Assembly: GCA_036229005.1 (NCBI GenBank)
Contig: JAZAMN010000030.1
Location: 59,723-123,722 of the forward strand
Direction of reading: 5' to 3'
Length of the DNA: 64,000 nucleotides
Origin: Myxococcota bacterium
GTDB lineage: Bacteria > Myxococcota_A > UBA796 > CAJQPC01
The position numbers and the translations under genes were made by a program. Below are positions 37,691-46,330 of this stretch, piece after piece; the first letter of the stretch is position 1; each line of letters begins with the position of its first letter. The notes under the pieces are model-generated. The model searched no databases, was not told the origin of the DNA, and saw only the letters and a list, made by a program, of their open reading frames with translations.

Positions 37691-38446
37691 ATGGACATCC
37701 GCTTTGACAACAAGACCGCCATCGTCACGGGCGCCGCCGCCGGCATCGGCGCAGCCATCGCAGACGCGCTGGTGGAGTCCGGCGCCACCGTGATCGTGGT
37801 GGATCTCAAGCAGGACGCCTCCGACGCCAAGGCTGCAGAGCTCACCGCCAAGGGCGGGACCGCCTACGGCTTCGCCGCGGACGTGAGTGACCCGGCCGCT
37901 GTGGAGGCCATGGTCGCCTTCGCCAAGGAGAAGACGGGGGCCCTGCACCTGCTGGTCAACAACGCCGGCATCGGCGGCGCACAGGCCCCCACCGGCGCCT
38001 ACCCGCTGGACAGCTGGAAGCAGGTGATCGACGTCAACCTGAACGGGGTGTTCTACGGGATGCGCTACGGCATCCCCGCAATCACCGAGGCCGGCGGCGG
38101 CGCGATCGTGAACATCGCCTCCATCCTGGGCAGCGTCGGGTTCGCGGGCTCTTCGGCCTACGTGGCCGCCAAGCACGCGGTGGTGGGGCTCACCAAGAAC
38201 GCCGCCATGGAGCACGCCGCCGACGGCGTGCGCGTGAACGCGATCGGCCCGGGCTTCATCCGCACCCCGCTGCTGGACGCGAACCTGGACCAGGCCACCC
38301 AGGACTTCCTGGCCAGCAAGCACGCGCTGAACCGCCTGGGCACCCCTGAAGAGGTCGCGACCCTGACCCTCTTCCTGCTGTCCGAGCAGGCCGCGTTCAT
38401 CACCGGCTCCTACCACCTGGTGGATGGCGGCTACACTGCCCAGTAG
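37691..38446 (+). CDS. Short-chain dehydrogenase/reductase
   Basis: TGAAAGIG, NNAG, YVAAKH, VDGGY. Confidence 0.95.
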   Translation: MDIRFDNKTAIVTGAAAGIGAAIADALVESGATVIVVDLKQDASDAKAAELTAKGGTAYGFAADVSDPAAVEAMVAFAKEKTGALHLLVNNAGIGGAQAPTGAYPLDSWKQVIDVNLNGVFYGMRYGIPAITEAGGGAIVNIASILGSVGFAGSSAYVAAKHAVVGLTKNAAMEHAADGVRVNAIGPGFIRTPLLDANLDQATQDFLASKHALNRLGTPEEVATLTLFLLSEQAAFITGSYHLVDGGYTAQ

Positions 38447-38493
38447 GAACACCTGATTTGACTGCCCCGTGACGGGAAGGTCCTGCGGGCGGC

Positions 38494-39689
38494 TCAGCTC
38501 TTTTGGGTCGCCCGCTTCTTGTTCCAGCTCAGGAAGCGACGCAGCGACAGGGCCAGCCCGCTGTAGGCCAGGAAGGCGCCGGCCAGGGTGGAGAGCACCG
38601 CCACCACGATGCCCAGGGCGCCGAAGTGCTCGCCGGTGTGCCCGAAGCGCACCAGGATGCGGGCCTTGCGTCCGGCGTCGGTCTGCGCCCAGCCGCTGCG
38701 CTCCCCGAGCTGCAGGCTGCCGGTCTCTGCACGCTCCACGGTCAAGGTCTCCTGCCGCTGCACCTGCCGGCCGTTGCCGCTGTCCACGGTCAGCGAGATG
38801 GGGGACTGCGCGTCGTCGGGGAGGCTCACGCGGATCCAGCGCCAGTCCGGGCTGTCCTGGGTGGCCAGGGTCACCGCGGCGTCCAGGTCGACCAGGCGGG
38901 GCTCCAGGGGGGAGCCGCTTGGGGGGTGTCCTGCGCACCAGGGCCTCCGGGAGGACCGCCACCCGGGCCGCCGCGACCGCCCCTGGGGCCTTGCTCGGTT
39001 GGCTCCGCTGAGGAGAAGAGGCCGACCACGGCGTCGTTCAGCCAGTGAAAGCCGATGGCCGCGCCGGTGAACGCGAAGAAGAGCAGCGGCAGCGCCGACC
39101 AGAGCCCCAGGGCGTGGTGCCACTGGAACTCCAGGCCCTTGCCGTAGGCCATGCGCTTGGGGACCAGCAGCTTGCGGACCTTGCGCAGGCTCCAGGGTCG
39201 GGGGATCCACAGCACCAGGCCGCTGGGGATCAGCACGACGAACAGCAGCGAGCTGCCCCCGGTCAGCAGGCGCGCGGTGTCCCGGGCGCCGTCCTCCAGG
39301 GCGAACCAGCGGTGCAGCTCCATGGCCGTGTGGAAGAGCCCATCCAGTCCGTCGCTGCCGACGCCCGGCTGGCCGGTCCAGGGGTCCAGCTTGAGGGTGT
39401 CCCGCCGGCCCCAGCTCGCGACCGCGGGGTCCCGGGGGTCGCGGCCGATCTTCACGCTCTGGGGCGCCTGGCCCCCTCGGGCCTCCGCTGCCGCCACGAA
39501 GAGAGGCTCAACGGCCGGCGGTCCGTGGATCTCGGTGGGGGCGGTCACCGTGCGGCGGTCCGCCCAGTTCGTGATGGGCAGCTCCAGGGCAAGCAGGGTG
39601 CCGGTGAGGCAGAGCAGGAGCACCACCAGACCGGTGGCGACGCCCACGACCAGGTGGATCCAGAACAGGATCTTGCGGAGCAGCTTCAT
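38494..39689 (-). pseudogene. PepSY-associated TM helix protein, split by a frameshift near 38907-38926
   Basis: 5' part WIHLVVG..., LHRWF, WHHALGLW; 3' part VDLDAAV...RFGHTGE continues in another frame; C6 runs at the junction. Confidence 0.8.
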
Positions 39690-39810
39690 GCCCCACTCCT
39701 ATTCGAGCCTCTGCCGCCTTGGGCGGGACAGACCTTGCCAACTCCTGTAGGGATGTGAGCTTGTGCAGGGTGCTCCGGGACAATAGGAGAGGGCCCGCTG
39801 GAGGGGACTG

Positions 39811-41415
39811 TTGACCTCGCTTGTGCTGATGATTCTGACAGGTTGCTGGAACACGGGGGGGCCGGGGGGTGGGGATCTCACCCAGGACACCCAGGAATCC
39901 GCTTCCCTGGACACGGGGGATGGGCAGGACACCGGATCCTCGGACTGCACGGAGGAGGATTGGGTTCTGTGGTTTCTGGATGAGGATGGGGATGGATACG
40001 GATCCACGGTCGCCCCCACCATCTCCGACTGTGAGGCCCCCTCCGGCTACGTCGCAGTGGACGGCGACTGCGAGGACACACTTCCGGAGATCCACCCCGG
40101 CGTCGATGAGATCTGTGATGGGCTGGACAATGACTGTGATGGGCAAGTCGACAATGACCCCTTGGACGGGGAGGTCTACTGGCAGGACAGCGACGGCGAT
40201 GGCTACGGCAACGCCGACGTGAGCGCGCGGCGCTGTGGGCCCTCGGTGGGGTGGGTGCAGAACACCCTGGATCCCGACGACAGCGACAGCGGCATGCCGG
40301 GGCGGCTGCCTGGAGACTGGCCGACGCTGGGCGGATCCACGGCGCACACGGGGTACTACCCGGGGACGGTCGACGGGGTCCTGCCTGAGCTGAGCTGGAC
40401 CCTGGCGCTGTCCAGCCGGCAGCAAGCCGTCGTGGTCCAGGATGGGGTGGTCTACCGGGCCAGCGGGGGCTCGTACCTGGACGCTGACGTGGTCGCACAG
40501 CGGGCGAGCGATGGCCTTGAGATCTGGAGGCACACCCTGCCGGAGGACGCCTACTCGCTGAGCCCTCCAACGGTCCACGACGGGCGCGTCTACCTGCAGC
40601 GTTGCAACCACTCCTCGGACAGTCAGCTCTGGGCTCTGGACACCCTTGATGGACAGGCGCTGTGGTCCGCACCCTACCGGGCCCAGTGGGAGACCTACCT
40701 GGCCCCCGTGGTCGCCGAGGGGCGCGCCTGGTTCGGCAGCGGGAGCTACGGCGGCATCTCCGGCGTGCAGATCTTGGACGGGACGGAGCTGTTCTGGCAG
40801 AGCCTGCCCCAGTATGACGCCTGGGCCCCGGCCTACGCAGATGGGGAGCTGTACTCTTTTGTGGAGGGCGTGCTGATCTCGCACGAACCGGACACCGGCG
40901 AGACCCTCTGGTCGCTGGACCTGGGCTGGGACTGGTTTACCTACACGCTGAACACCGCGCCGGTGGTGGGTGATGAGCGCATCTACGTAGTCGGGAACTA
41001 CTACGTGGCGGCGGTGGACCGCGACACGGGCGGCGAGCTGTGGAGCGTGGCCGGTGGCGACACCTTCGACGACCCCGTTTTCGGGGTCGCTGCGCTCGGG
41101 GATGGGGTGCTGTTCGTGCTCCGAGGTGGAGACGTAGAGGCCTACGACAGTGAGTCGGGCGCGCTGCTCGGCACCATGGAGATGGGGGATTGGTCGGTGT
41201 ACGGGTCCGTGGTGGGCCGGGGGGCCGGCTATCTGATCGTCACCGACGACACTTTGATCAGCGCGTACGAGGACACCACCTACTTCTTTGATCTGGAGAG
41301 CTTCGAACTGCTGGGTACCCTCCCGCACGGGGGCGCACTGGCCCTCTCCGACAGCCGGCTGTTCATCACCGACTACGACGGACTGCTCGCGGTCTACCAG
41401 TGGCCGCTGGAGTGA
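39811..41415 (+). CDS. Lipoprotein with MopE-like Cys/Asp metal-binding repeat and PQQ-type beta-propeller
   Basis: LTGC; DEDGDGYG...DC...HPG..EICDGLDNDCDGQVD; WPTLGG...HTG; repeated ALD..G..LW. Confidence 0.8.
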   Translation: MTSLVLMILTGCWNTGGPGGGDLTQDTQESASLDTGDGQDTGSSDCTEEDWVLWFLDEDGDGYGSTVAPTISDCEAPSGYVAVDGDCEDTLPEIHPGVDEICDGLDNDCDGQVDNDPLDGEVYWQDSDGDGYGNADVSARRCGPSVGWVQNTLDPDDSDSGMPGRLPGDWPTLGGSTAHTGYYPGTVDGVLPELSWTLALSSRQQAVVVQDGVVYRASGGSYLDADVVAQRASDGLEIWRHTLPEDAYSLSPPTVHDGRVYLQRCNHSSDSQLWALDTLDGQALWSAPYRAQWETYLAPVVAEGRAWFGSGSYGGISGVQILDGTELFWQSLPQYDAWAPAYADGELYSFVEGVLISHEPDTGETLWSLDLGWDWFTYTLNTAPVVGDERIYVVGNYYVAAVDRDTGGELWSVAGGDTFDDPVFGVAALGDGVLFVLRGGDVEAYDSESGALLGTMEMGDWSVYGSVVGRGAGYLIVTDDTLISAYEDTTYFFDLESFELLGTLPHGGALALSDSRLFITDYDGLLAVYQWPLE

Positions 41416-41422
41416 AACCCGG

Positions 41423-42280
41423 TCAGCTCGCCACCTGCGCATAGCGGTCCAGGATCGCCTGCCACCCGGCCCGCTGCATGTCTCGGGGGGCCTGCCCGTC
41501 GGGGTCGAAGATCTGGGAGACGCGGGTGCCGCCGTCGCTCTCGGCGAAGCGGATCTCGACGCGGCGGCCATCCCCCAGCACCTGCACCAGGCGGCTGTGG
41601 GGGGCCACGCTCTCCCAGGTGCCGGCGAAGTCGAAGGCCATCGAGCCGTCCACGGCGGCCATGCGGTAGGAGAAGCGGCCGCCCTCCCGAAGATCGCTCT
41701 CGGCCGCGGGGCAGCACCACTCGGGGCTGGCGAAGTTCCAGCGCATCACGGACTGGGGCTGGGTGAAGGCGGCCCAGGCCCGCTCTGGGGAGACCGAGGT
41801 GTGCGCGCTCACGCAGATCGGCCCCTCATTCAGCAGGGCCTCCAGGGCCTGGTAGCCCTCCTCCATGCCCGCGAGCATTCCGGTCTGGAGCACGCCATCC
41901 CGTGCCTCGCCGGTGGGGTAGGTGAGCAGCATGTCCAGGCGGGTCCCGTCGTCCAATCGGTGGAAGCGGGTGTCGACGCGCACCTCCCCTCCCGTCCAGT
42001 CCTCGTCGAAGAGCTCGCTGTGGACGATGCGGGCGCCGGGCGCCAGGAGCACAAAGCGGCCCCCCATGCCCATCTCCCCGCCGTCGTGGCGCCAGACGTA
42101 GCGGAAGCTGCCGCCGGTCTTTGGCCGCACCTCGCAGGTCTGCAAGGGCATGCGCACCCCCAGCCAGCGGGTGAGCAGGGCGGGCTCCAGGTGGGCGTCG
42201 TAGAGCGGGGCGGGGGCGGCGGAGAAGCGGCGCTCCAGGCGGAGCTGGGTGTCGCCGACGGGGGCGTGCGTGAGGGACAT
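41423..42280 (-). CDS. Tandem SRPBCC/AHSA1 domain protein
   Basis: Two SRPBCC-like halves (GGSFRYVW...TGM; WNFASPEW...DLREGGRFSYRM...GWQAIL). Confidence 0.85.
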   Translation of the reverse strand: MSLTHAPVGDTQLRLERRFSAAPAPLYDAHLEPALLTRWLGVRMPLQTCEVRPKTGGSFRYVWRHDGGEMGMGGRFVLLAPGARIVHSELFDEDWTGGEVRVDTRFHRLDDGTRLDMLLTYPTGEARDGVLQTGMLAGMEEGYQALEALLNEGPICVSAHTSVSPERAWAAFTQPQSVMRWNFASPEWCCPAAESDLREGGRFSYRMAAVDGSMAFDFAGTWESVAPHSRLVQVLGDGRRVEIRFAESDGGTRVSQIFDPDGQAPRDMQRAGWQAILDRYAQVAS

Positions 42281-42419
42281 CGGGGGCTCCGTTCGGTCGT
42301 CCTGGGGTGGCTGGGGGGCCATTATCCGCCGGGCGGATAGGAACACGCGATACTGATGTTCTTGGCTGCGCCGATGGCCCCCTCTCGGGCCTGCGCCCTC
42401 TGAGCCCCGGAGCCCCCAG

Positions 42420-43064
42420 ATGAAGTCCTACCAGCACCCCGACGACTACTTCGAGGACGAGCTCCCCTTCCGCGAGGAGGTCAGCGCGCTGCGGCCCTTC
42501 CTGCTGGCCGAGGGCATGCTCGAGACCATCAAGTGGGGTCAGCCCTGCTACACGACGGAGGCGGGCAAGAACGTCTGCATCCTGGGCTACCGCAAGGCGG
42601 GGGCGGTGCTCAGCTTCATCTCCGGGGCCCTCTTGGAGGACCCCGACGGACTGCTCACCCAGCCGGGCGACTCCCGAGCGACGCGCTTTCTGACCTTCGC
42701 CAACCTGCAGGAGGTGGAGGAGCGGGCTGGTGTGATCCAGCGGATGGTCCACCAGGCCCACCAAAACGCGCTCGCCGGTCGGGAGGTGCCCAAGCCCGCC
42801 CCCGAGGACACCGTCTGGATCGCCGAGCTGCAACAGGTCATGGACGAAGACCCGGCCTTTCAGGAGGCCTTTCTGGCCTTGACTCCGGGGCGGCAGCGCG
42901 GCTTCAACATCCACTTTGGCAAGCCCAAGGGGGCCAAGGCGCGCTTCGGCCGCATCGAGAAGGCGCGGGAGCGGATCTTCATGGGGAAGGGGATCTTCGA
43001 CTGCGTGTGCGGGCACAGCAAGCGGCCGCCGCGCTGTGATGGGAGCCACAAGCATCACCGCTGA
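42420..43064 (+). CDS. YdeI/OmpD-associated family protein with C-terminal CDGSH Fe-S motif
   Basis: ETIKWGQPCY, AFLALTPGRQR; ends CVCGHSKRPPRCDGSH. Confidence 0.85.
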   Translation: MKSYQHPDDYFEDELPFREEVSALRPFLLAEGMLETIKWGQPCYTTEAGKNVCILGYRKAGAVLSFISGALLEDPDGLLTQPGDSRATRFLTFANLQEVEERAGVIQRMVHQAHQNALAGREVPKPAPEDTVWIAELQQVMDEDPAFQEAFLALTPGRQRGFNIHFGKPKGAKARFGRIEKARERIFMGKGIFDCVCGHSKRPPRCDGSHKHHR

Positions 43065-43066
43065 GC

Positions 43067-43522
43067 TCAGCGCTTGAGGCGCTCCTTGAGCAGCGTGCCG
43101 CCCGAGGCGCCCAGGCAGAGCACGCCCACCCCCAGCCAGAGCCAGGCCTGGAGGCCGCTGCGGCCGGTCCCGCGCTCGTGGACGCTGGGATCGCTGGGCA
43201 GGTAGCGCACCGTGAAGCTGTCTCCCTGGGAGAACTCTGCGGTCAGCGGCCGCTTGTCGCTCTGACGGTGCAGGCTGCCGGTCACGGACTCGCCGTCCTG
43301 GGTCTGGAAGACGTAGTCGGCGTCCAGGGTGTACTTGTAGTCGCCAGGCCCGCGGAACTGGCGGCCGGTCTCGACCTGGGTCCAGGTGCCGGTGGTCTCC
43401 ACCCCTTCGGCCTCCAGCTTGCTGGACTTCTGGTGCTGGTAGGCGCCGCCCCCCAGGGCGAGCAGACCGCAGACAGCCATCATGCGAATGAAGAAGCGCT
43501 GGGAGCTGGGATCCTGGGCCAT
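43067..43522 (-). CDS. DUF3592-like membrane protein
   Basis: TM - GVETTG...Y.F...G...VRYLPSDP - TM layout. Confidence 0.65.
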   Translation of the reverse strand: MAQDPSSQRFFIRMMAVCGLLALGGGAYQHQKSSKLEAEGVETTGTWTQVETGRQFRGPGDYKYTLDADYVFQTQDGESVTGSLHRQSDKRPLTAEFSQGDSFTVRYLPSDPSVHERGTGRSGLQAWLWLGVGVLCLGASGGTLLKERLKR

Positions 43523-43566
43523 CGGGCTCTCCTTGGGGGGAGCCTACAACGCGCGCGGCGGAGGGC

Positions 43567-44352
43567 TCAGAGGCCGGTCACCGCACCCTCGGGCGGGGCG
43601 AAGAGCGCGTCGGTCACCGGGGCGTTCCGCTCGAAGGCGCTGATTGTCACGGTCGCGGAGGGCTCACTGGGCTGCCCGTCCACCAGGTGCCAGCCCTCGT
43701 AGCGGCCGGCCAGCAGCAGGCCGTCGACGTCCTGGAGCTCCAGCCAGGTCAGGCGCTTCTCGCCGCTGCGGCCGCCGTCGGGGAACACCGTGGAGCTGGT
43801 GACGATGTAGGTGAGCGCGCGCAGGCGGTCGGTCTGGGGGTCGATCCAGGCCACGTAGTAGTCGTCCGGCGCGTCCCCGGTCCCGGGGTCGAAGGTGACC
43901 TTGACACGGTCCATGGTCTCCCCATCCAGCGGGGCCGGCTCCAGCAGCTCGTGCTGGGTCCCGGGGTCGGCGAGCACGAAGGGCATCGCGACAAAGTAGT
44001 AGGGGGTCAGGGCCCAGAAGCGCGCAGGGCTGGGGAAGGCGCCGCGCTCGGGGGTGATCCACGCCTGGGTCCCGTCCCATCCCAGGGAGACCTCACCATT
44101 GACCTGGTCCTGGCGCACCCGGGCCGTGGGGACGTGGACCTGGTTCACGCTGTAGCGGCGCTTCTCGGGGGCGCCCGCGGGCTCGTAGTTGAACGTGAAG
44201 CCCAGGCTCTCGGTCTCGGCCCAGCGCTCCAGACCGCCGTGGGCGTCGATGCTCTCGGCCAGGCGCTGTCCTCCTGGGGTGGCGGCGAGGTGGCGCTCCC
44301 GCTCGGCGCTTGGGGAGGTGCAGGCAAAGAGCAGAGCGAGGCTGGCGGTCAT
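43567..44352 (-). CDS. Lipoprotein (DUF6503-like)
   Basis: LFAC lipobox; SIDAHGGLERW, YYFVAMPFVLADPG, VTFDPGTGDAPDDYY. Confidence 0.65.
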   Translation of the reverse strand: MTASLALLFACTSPSAERERHLAATPGGQRLAESIDAHGGLERWAETESLGFTFNYEPAGAPEKRRYSVNQVHVPTARVRQDQVNGEVSLGWDGTQAWITPERGAFPSPARFWALTPYYFVAMPFVLADPGTQHELLEPAPLDGETMDRVKVTFDPGTGDAPDDYYVAWIDPQTDRLRALTYIVTSSTVFPDGGRSGEKRLTWLELQDVDGLLLAGRYEGWHLVDGQPSEPSATVTISAFERNAPVTDALFAPPEGAVTGL

Positions 44353-44466
44353 GGAGGTCCTTGGGGTGGCGCTGGTCTACGTCCTGGACGCCCCGGATCT
44401 TGCGCGCTCGCGGGGGTCCAATCCCGGGACACTGCGACCCGCCTCGCTCGGGAAACCAGCGCAGAC

Positions 44467-45090
44467 TCAGGCGAGGGGCTTGCGGGCAGAGAGGAAGACC
44501 ACGGTGTCTTTGGCACCCACGTCCACCTCCTCGACCTCCTGGAAGCCGGCCTCCTCGAGCTCGGTGCGCATCGTCGAGGTGCTCAGATCCGCGACCCACG
44601 GGGCCTTGCCCAGGCGCTGCAGCACCCAGATGGCCGCCCCCAGGGGCGCCCAGGTGTTGCCGATGCAGGTGGTGCTGGAGATGAGCTGGCCGCCGGGCTT
44701 GAGCAGGGCGTGGAGGCGCGCCAGGAAGGCCGCCCGCTCGGGCACCAGGTGCAGGATGGAGAAGGCCAGCGCGACGTCGAAGCTGGCGTCGGGGAAGGGG
44801 GCGTCCTCCAGGGTGCTCTGGTGGAAGCGCAGGGTGGGGGTGCCCTGGGCCTTGTCGCGGGCGATGCGCAGCATCTGCTCGGAGTAGTCGAGCGCGTCGT
44901 AGCGGCCGCAGGCATCGATCAGGCGCAGGGCCAGGGAGCCGGTGCCGCAGCCGACCTCCAGCACGCGGCTGTCTGGGCGAAGCGCCTGCCGGGTGAAGGC
45001 GATCTTGCGCTCGAAGGCCTGGGGGTCCTCCACCGGCTGGGCGGCGTACTTGTCGGCGAGCTGGTCCCAGAAGGCGGGGGGCGTGGGCAT
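44467..45090 (-). CDS. Class I SAM-dependent methyltransferase
   Basis: VLEVGCGTG, FDVALAFSILHL, LLKPGG. Confidence 0.92.
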   Translation of the reverse strand: MPTPPAFWDQLADKYAAQPVEDPQAFERKIAFTRQALRPDSRVLEVGCGTGSLALRLIDACGRYDALDYSEQMLRIARDKAQGTPTLRFHQSTLEDAPFPDASFDVALAFSILHLVPERAAFLARLHALLKPGGQLISSTTCIGNTWAPLGAAIWVLQRLGKAPWVADLSTSTMRTELEEAGFQEVEEVDVGAKDTVVFLSARKPLA

Positions 45091-45178
45091 GGGGGGCTCC
45101 TGCTTGGGGACAAGCTATGTGTGCGCCAGTGGACGGGGAAGGTGTGTTTGCTGCCTGCTGGCGTGCAAGAATGCACGC

Positions 45179-46051
45179 ATGGACTGGGATGATCTGCGCT
45201 TTGTGTTGGCGCTGCTCCGCGCCGGGCAGCTGAGCGAGGCGGGCCGGGCTCTGGGCGTGGCCCGGACCACGGTGGGCCGACGCATCCGCGAGCTGGAGCA
45301 GGAGCTGGGCGTGCGGCTCTTCGACCGGACGCCCGAGGGCTTCGTGCCCACGCCGGCGGGAGAGCGGCTGGCGGAGACGGCGGCCCGGGTGGAGGCCCAG
45401 GTCCTGGCCGTCCAGGGCGAGGTCCGGGGGCAGGACGCGCAGCTCTCCGGCAGGCTCCGGGTGTCGACCGTGGGCTTTGTGTTCGAGAACTTCCCCCAGG
45501 TGTTCCGGGGCTTCACGGAGCGCTACCCGGGGGTGGACCTGACGGTGCACGTCTCCTCGGAGCGCGCGAGCCTGCGCCGGCGGGAGGCGGACGTGGCGCT
45601 GCGCATCAGCAACACGCCAGACCCCCAGCTCTGGGGCCGGAAGGTGGGGCTGCTGCACTTCGAGGCCTACGCTGCGCGCGCGCTGGTGGAGCGCCTGGGC
45701 CCCAAGGCGCCGCTGTCGGCCTATCCCTGGCTGCACGCAGATGAGCGCGGCGACACCCGCTGGCTGGACGACTGGCTGGCGGAGCACGCGCCGGGCGCCC
45801 AGGTGGTGCTGCGCAGCAACGACTACGCGGCGATGCGGGCGGCGCTGCGGATGGGTTGGGGGGCCCACTTCCTGCCCACCTGCGAGGGGGGCCGGATGCC
45901 GGAGCTGCTGCCGCTGGGCGCGCGGCTGAGCCATCTGAGCCAGGCGCTTTGGCTGCTGACCCTGCCCGAGCTCAAGACGAACTCTCGGATCCGGGCTTTC
46001 ATGGCGCACGCGGGGGACGCGCTGGCCGCGGAGTTGGCGGCCTGGCCCTGA
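45179..46051 (+). CDS. LysR family transcriptional regulator
   Basis: MDWDDLRFVLAL...TTVGRRIRELEQELGVRLFDR; RREADVALR; divergent from the methyltransferase. Confidence 0.93.
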   Translation: MDWDDLRFVLALLRAGQLSEAGRALGVARTTVGRRIRELEQELGVRLFDRTPEGFVPTPAGERLAETAARVEAQVLAVQGEVRGQDAQLSGRLRVSTVGFVFENFPQVFRGFTERYPGVDLTVHVSSERASLRRREADVALRISNTPDPQLWGRKVGLLHFEAYAARALVERLGPKAPLSAYPWLHADERGDTRWLDDWLAEHAPGAQVVLRSNDYAAMRAALRMGWGAHFLPTCEGGRMPELLPLGARLSHLSQALWLLTLPELKTNSRIRAFMAHAGDALAAELAAWP

Positions 46052-46055
46052 TGGC

Positions 46056-46330
46056 GTGCGCAACCCGGGGTGAATGCACCACGGGGCTGCGCAAGTAGGT
46101 GCGAACGCAACGAGGCGCTGCGCAAGTAGGTGCGAATGCAACTTCTGGACGGAGCGGGCGCGGGATCTGGCTTGGGGGTGGATTTCAAGTGGTTGAAATC
46201 ACCTTGGTAGCGCGTCTTGGCCGCCCGGTGGTCTCCGAACTTGTTGCGTTGGGAGCGGGTTGCGCTGCGGGCTGTTGCGTTCAGGGCCACTTGCGCAGCG
46301 CGCTGTTGCGTTCAACCCGGCTTGCGCGCC
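46056..46330. repeat. Symmetric intergenic element: 3 direct units, central palindrome, 3 inverted units (MITE-like)
   Basis: Units of about TGCGCAA-N7-9-GAAYGCAAC at ~31 bp period; central GATTTCAAGTGGTTGAAATC. Confidence 0.75.

Noticed and set aside
46056..46330. CRISPR array
   Set aside because: Units are degenerate, about 31 bp in total period, inverted in the second half, with no unique spacers or cas genes.
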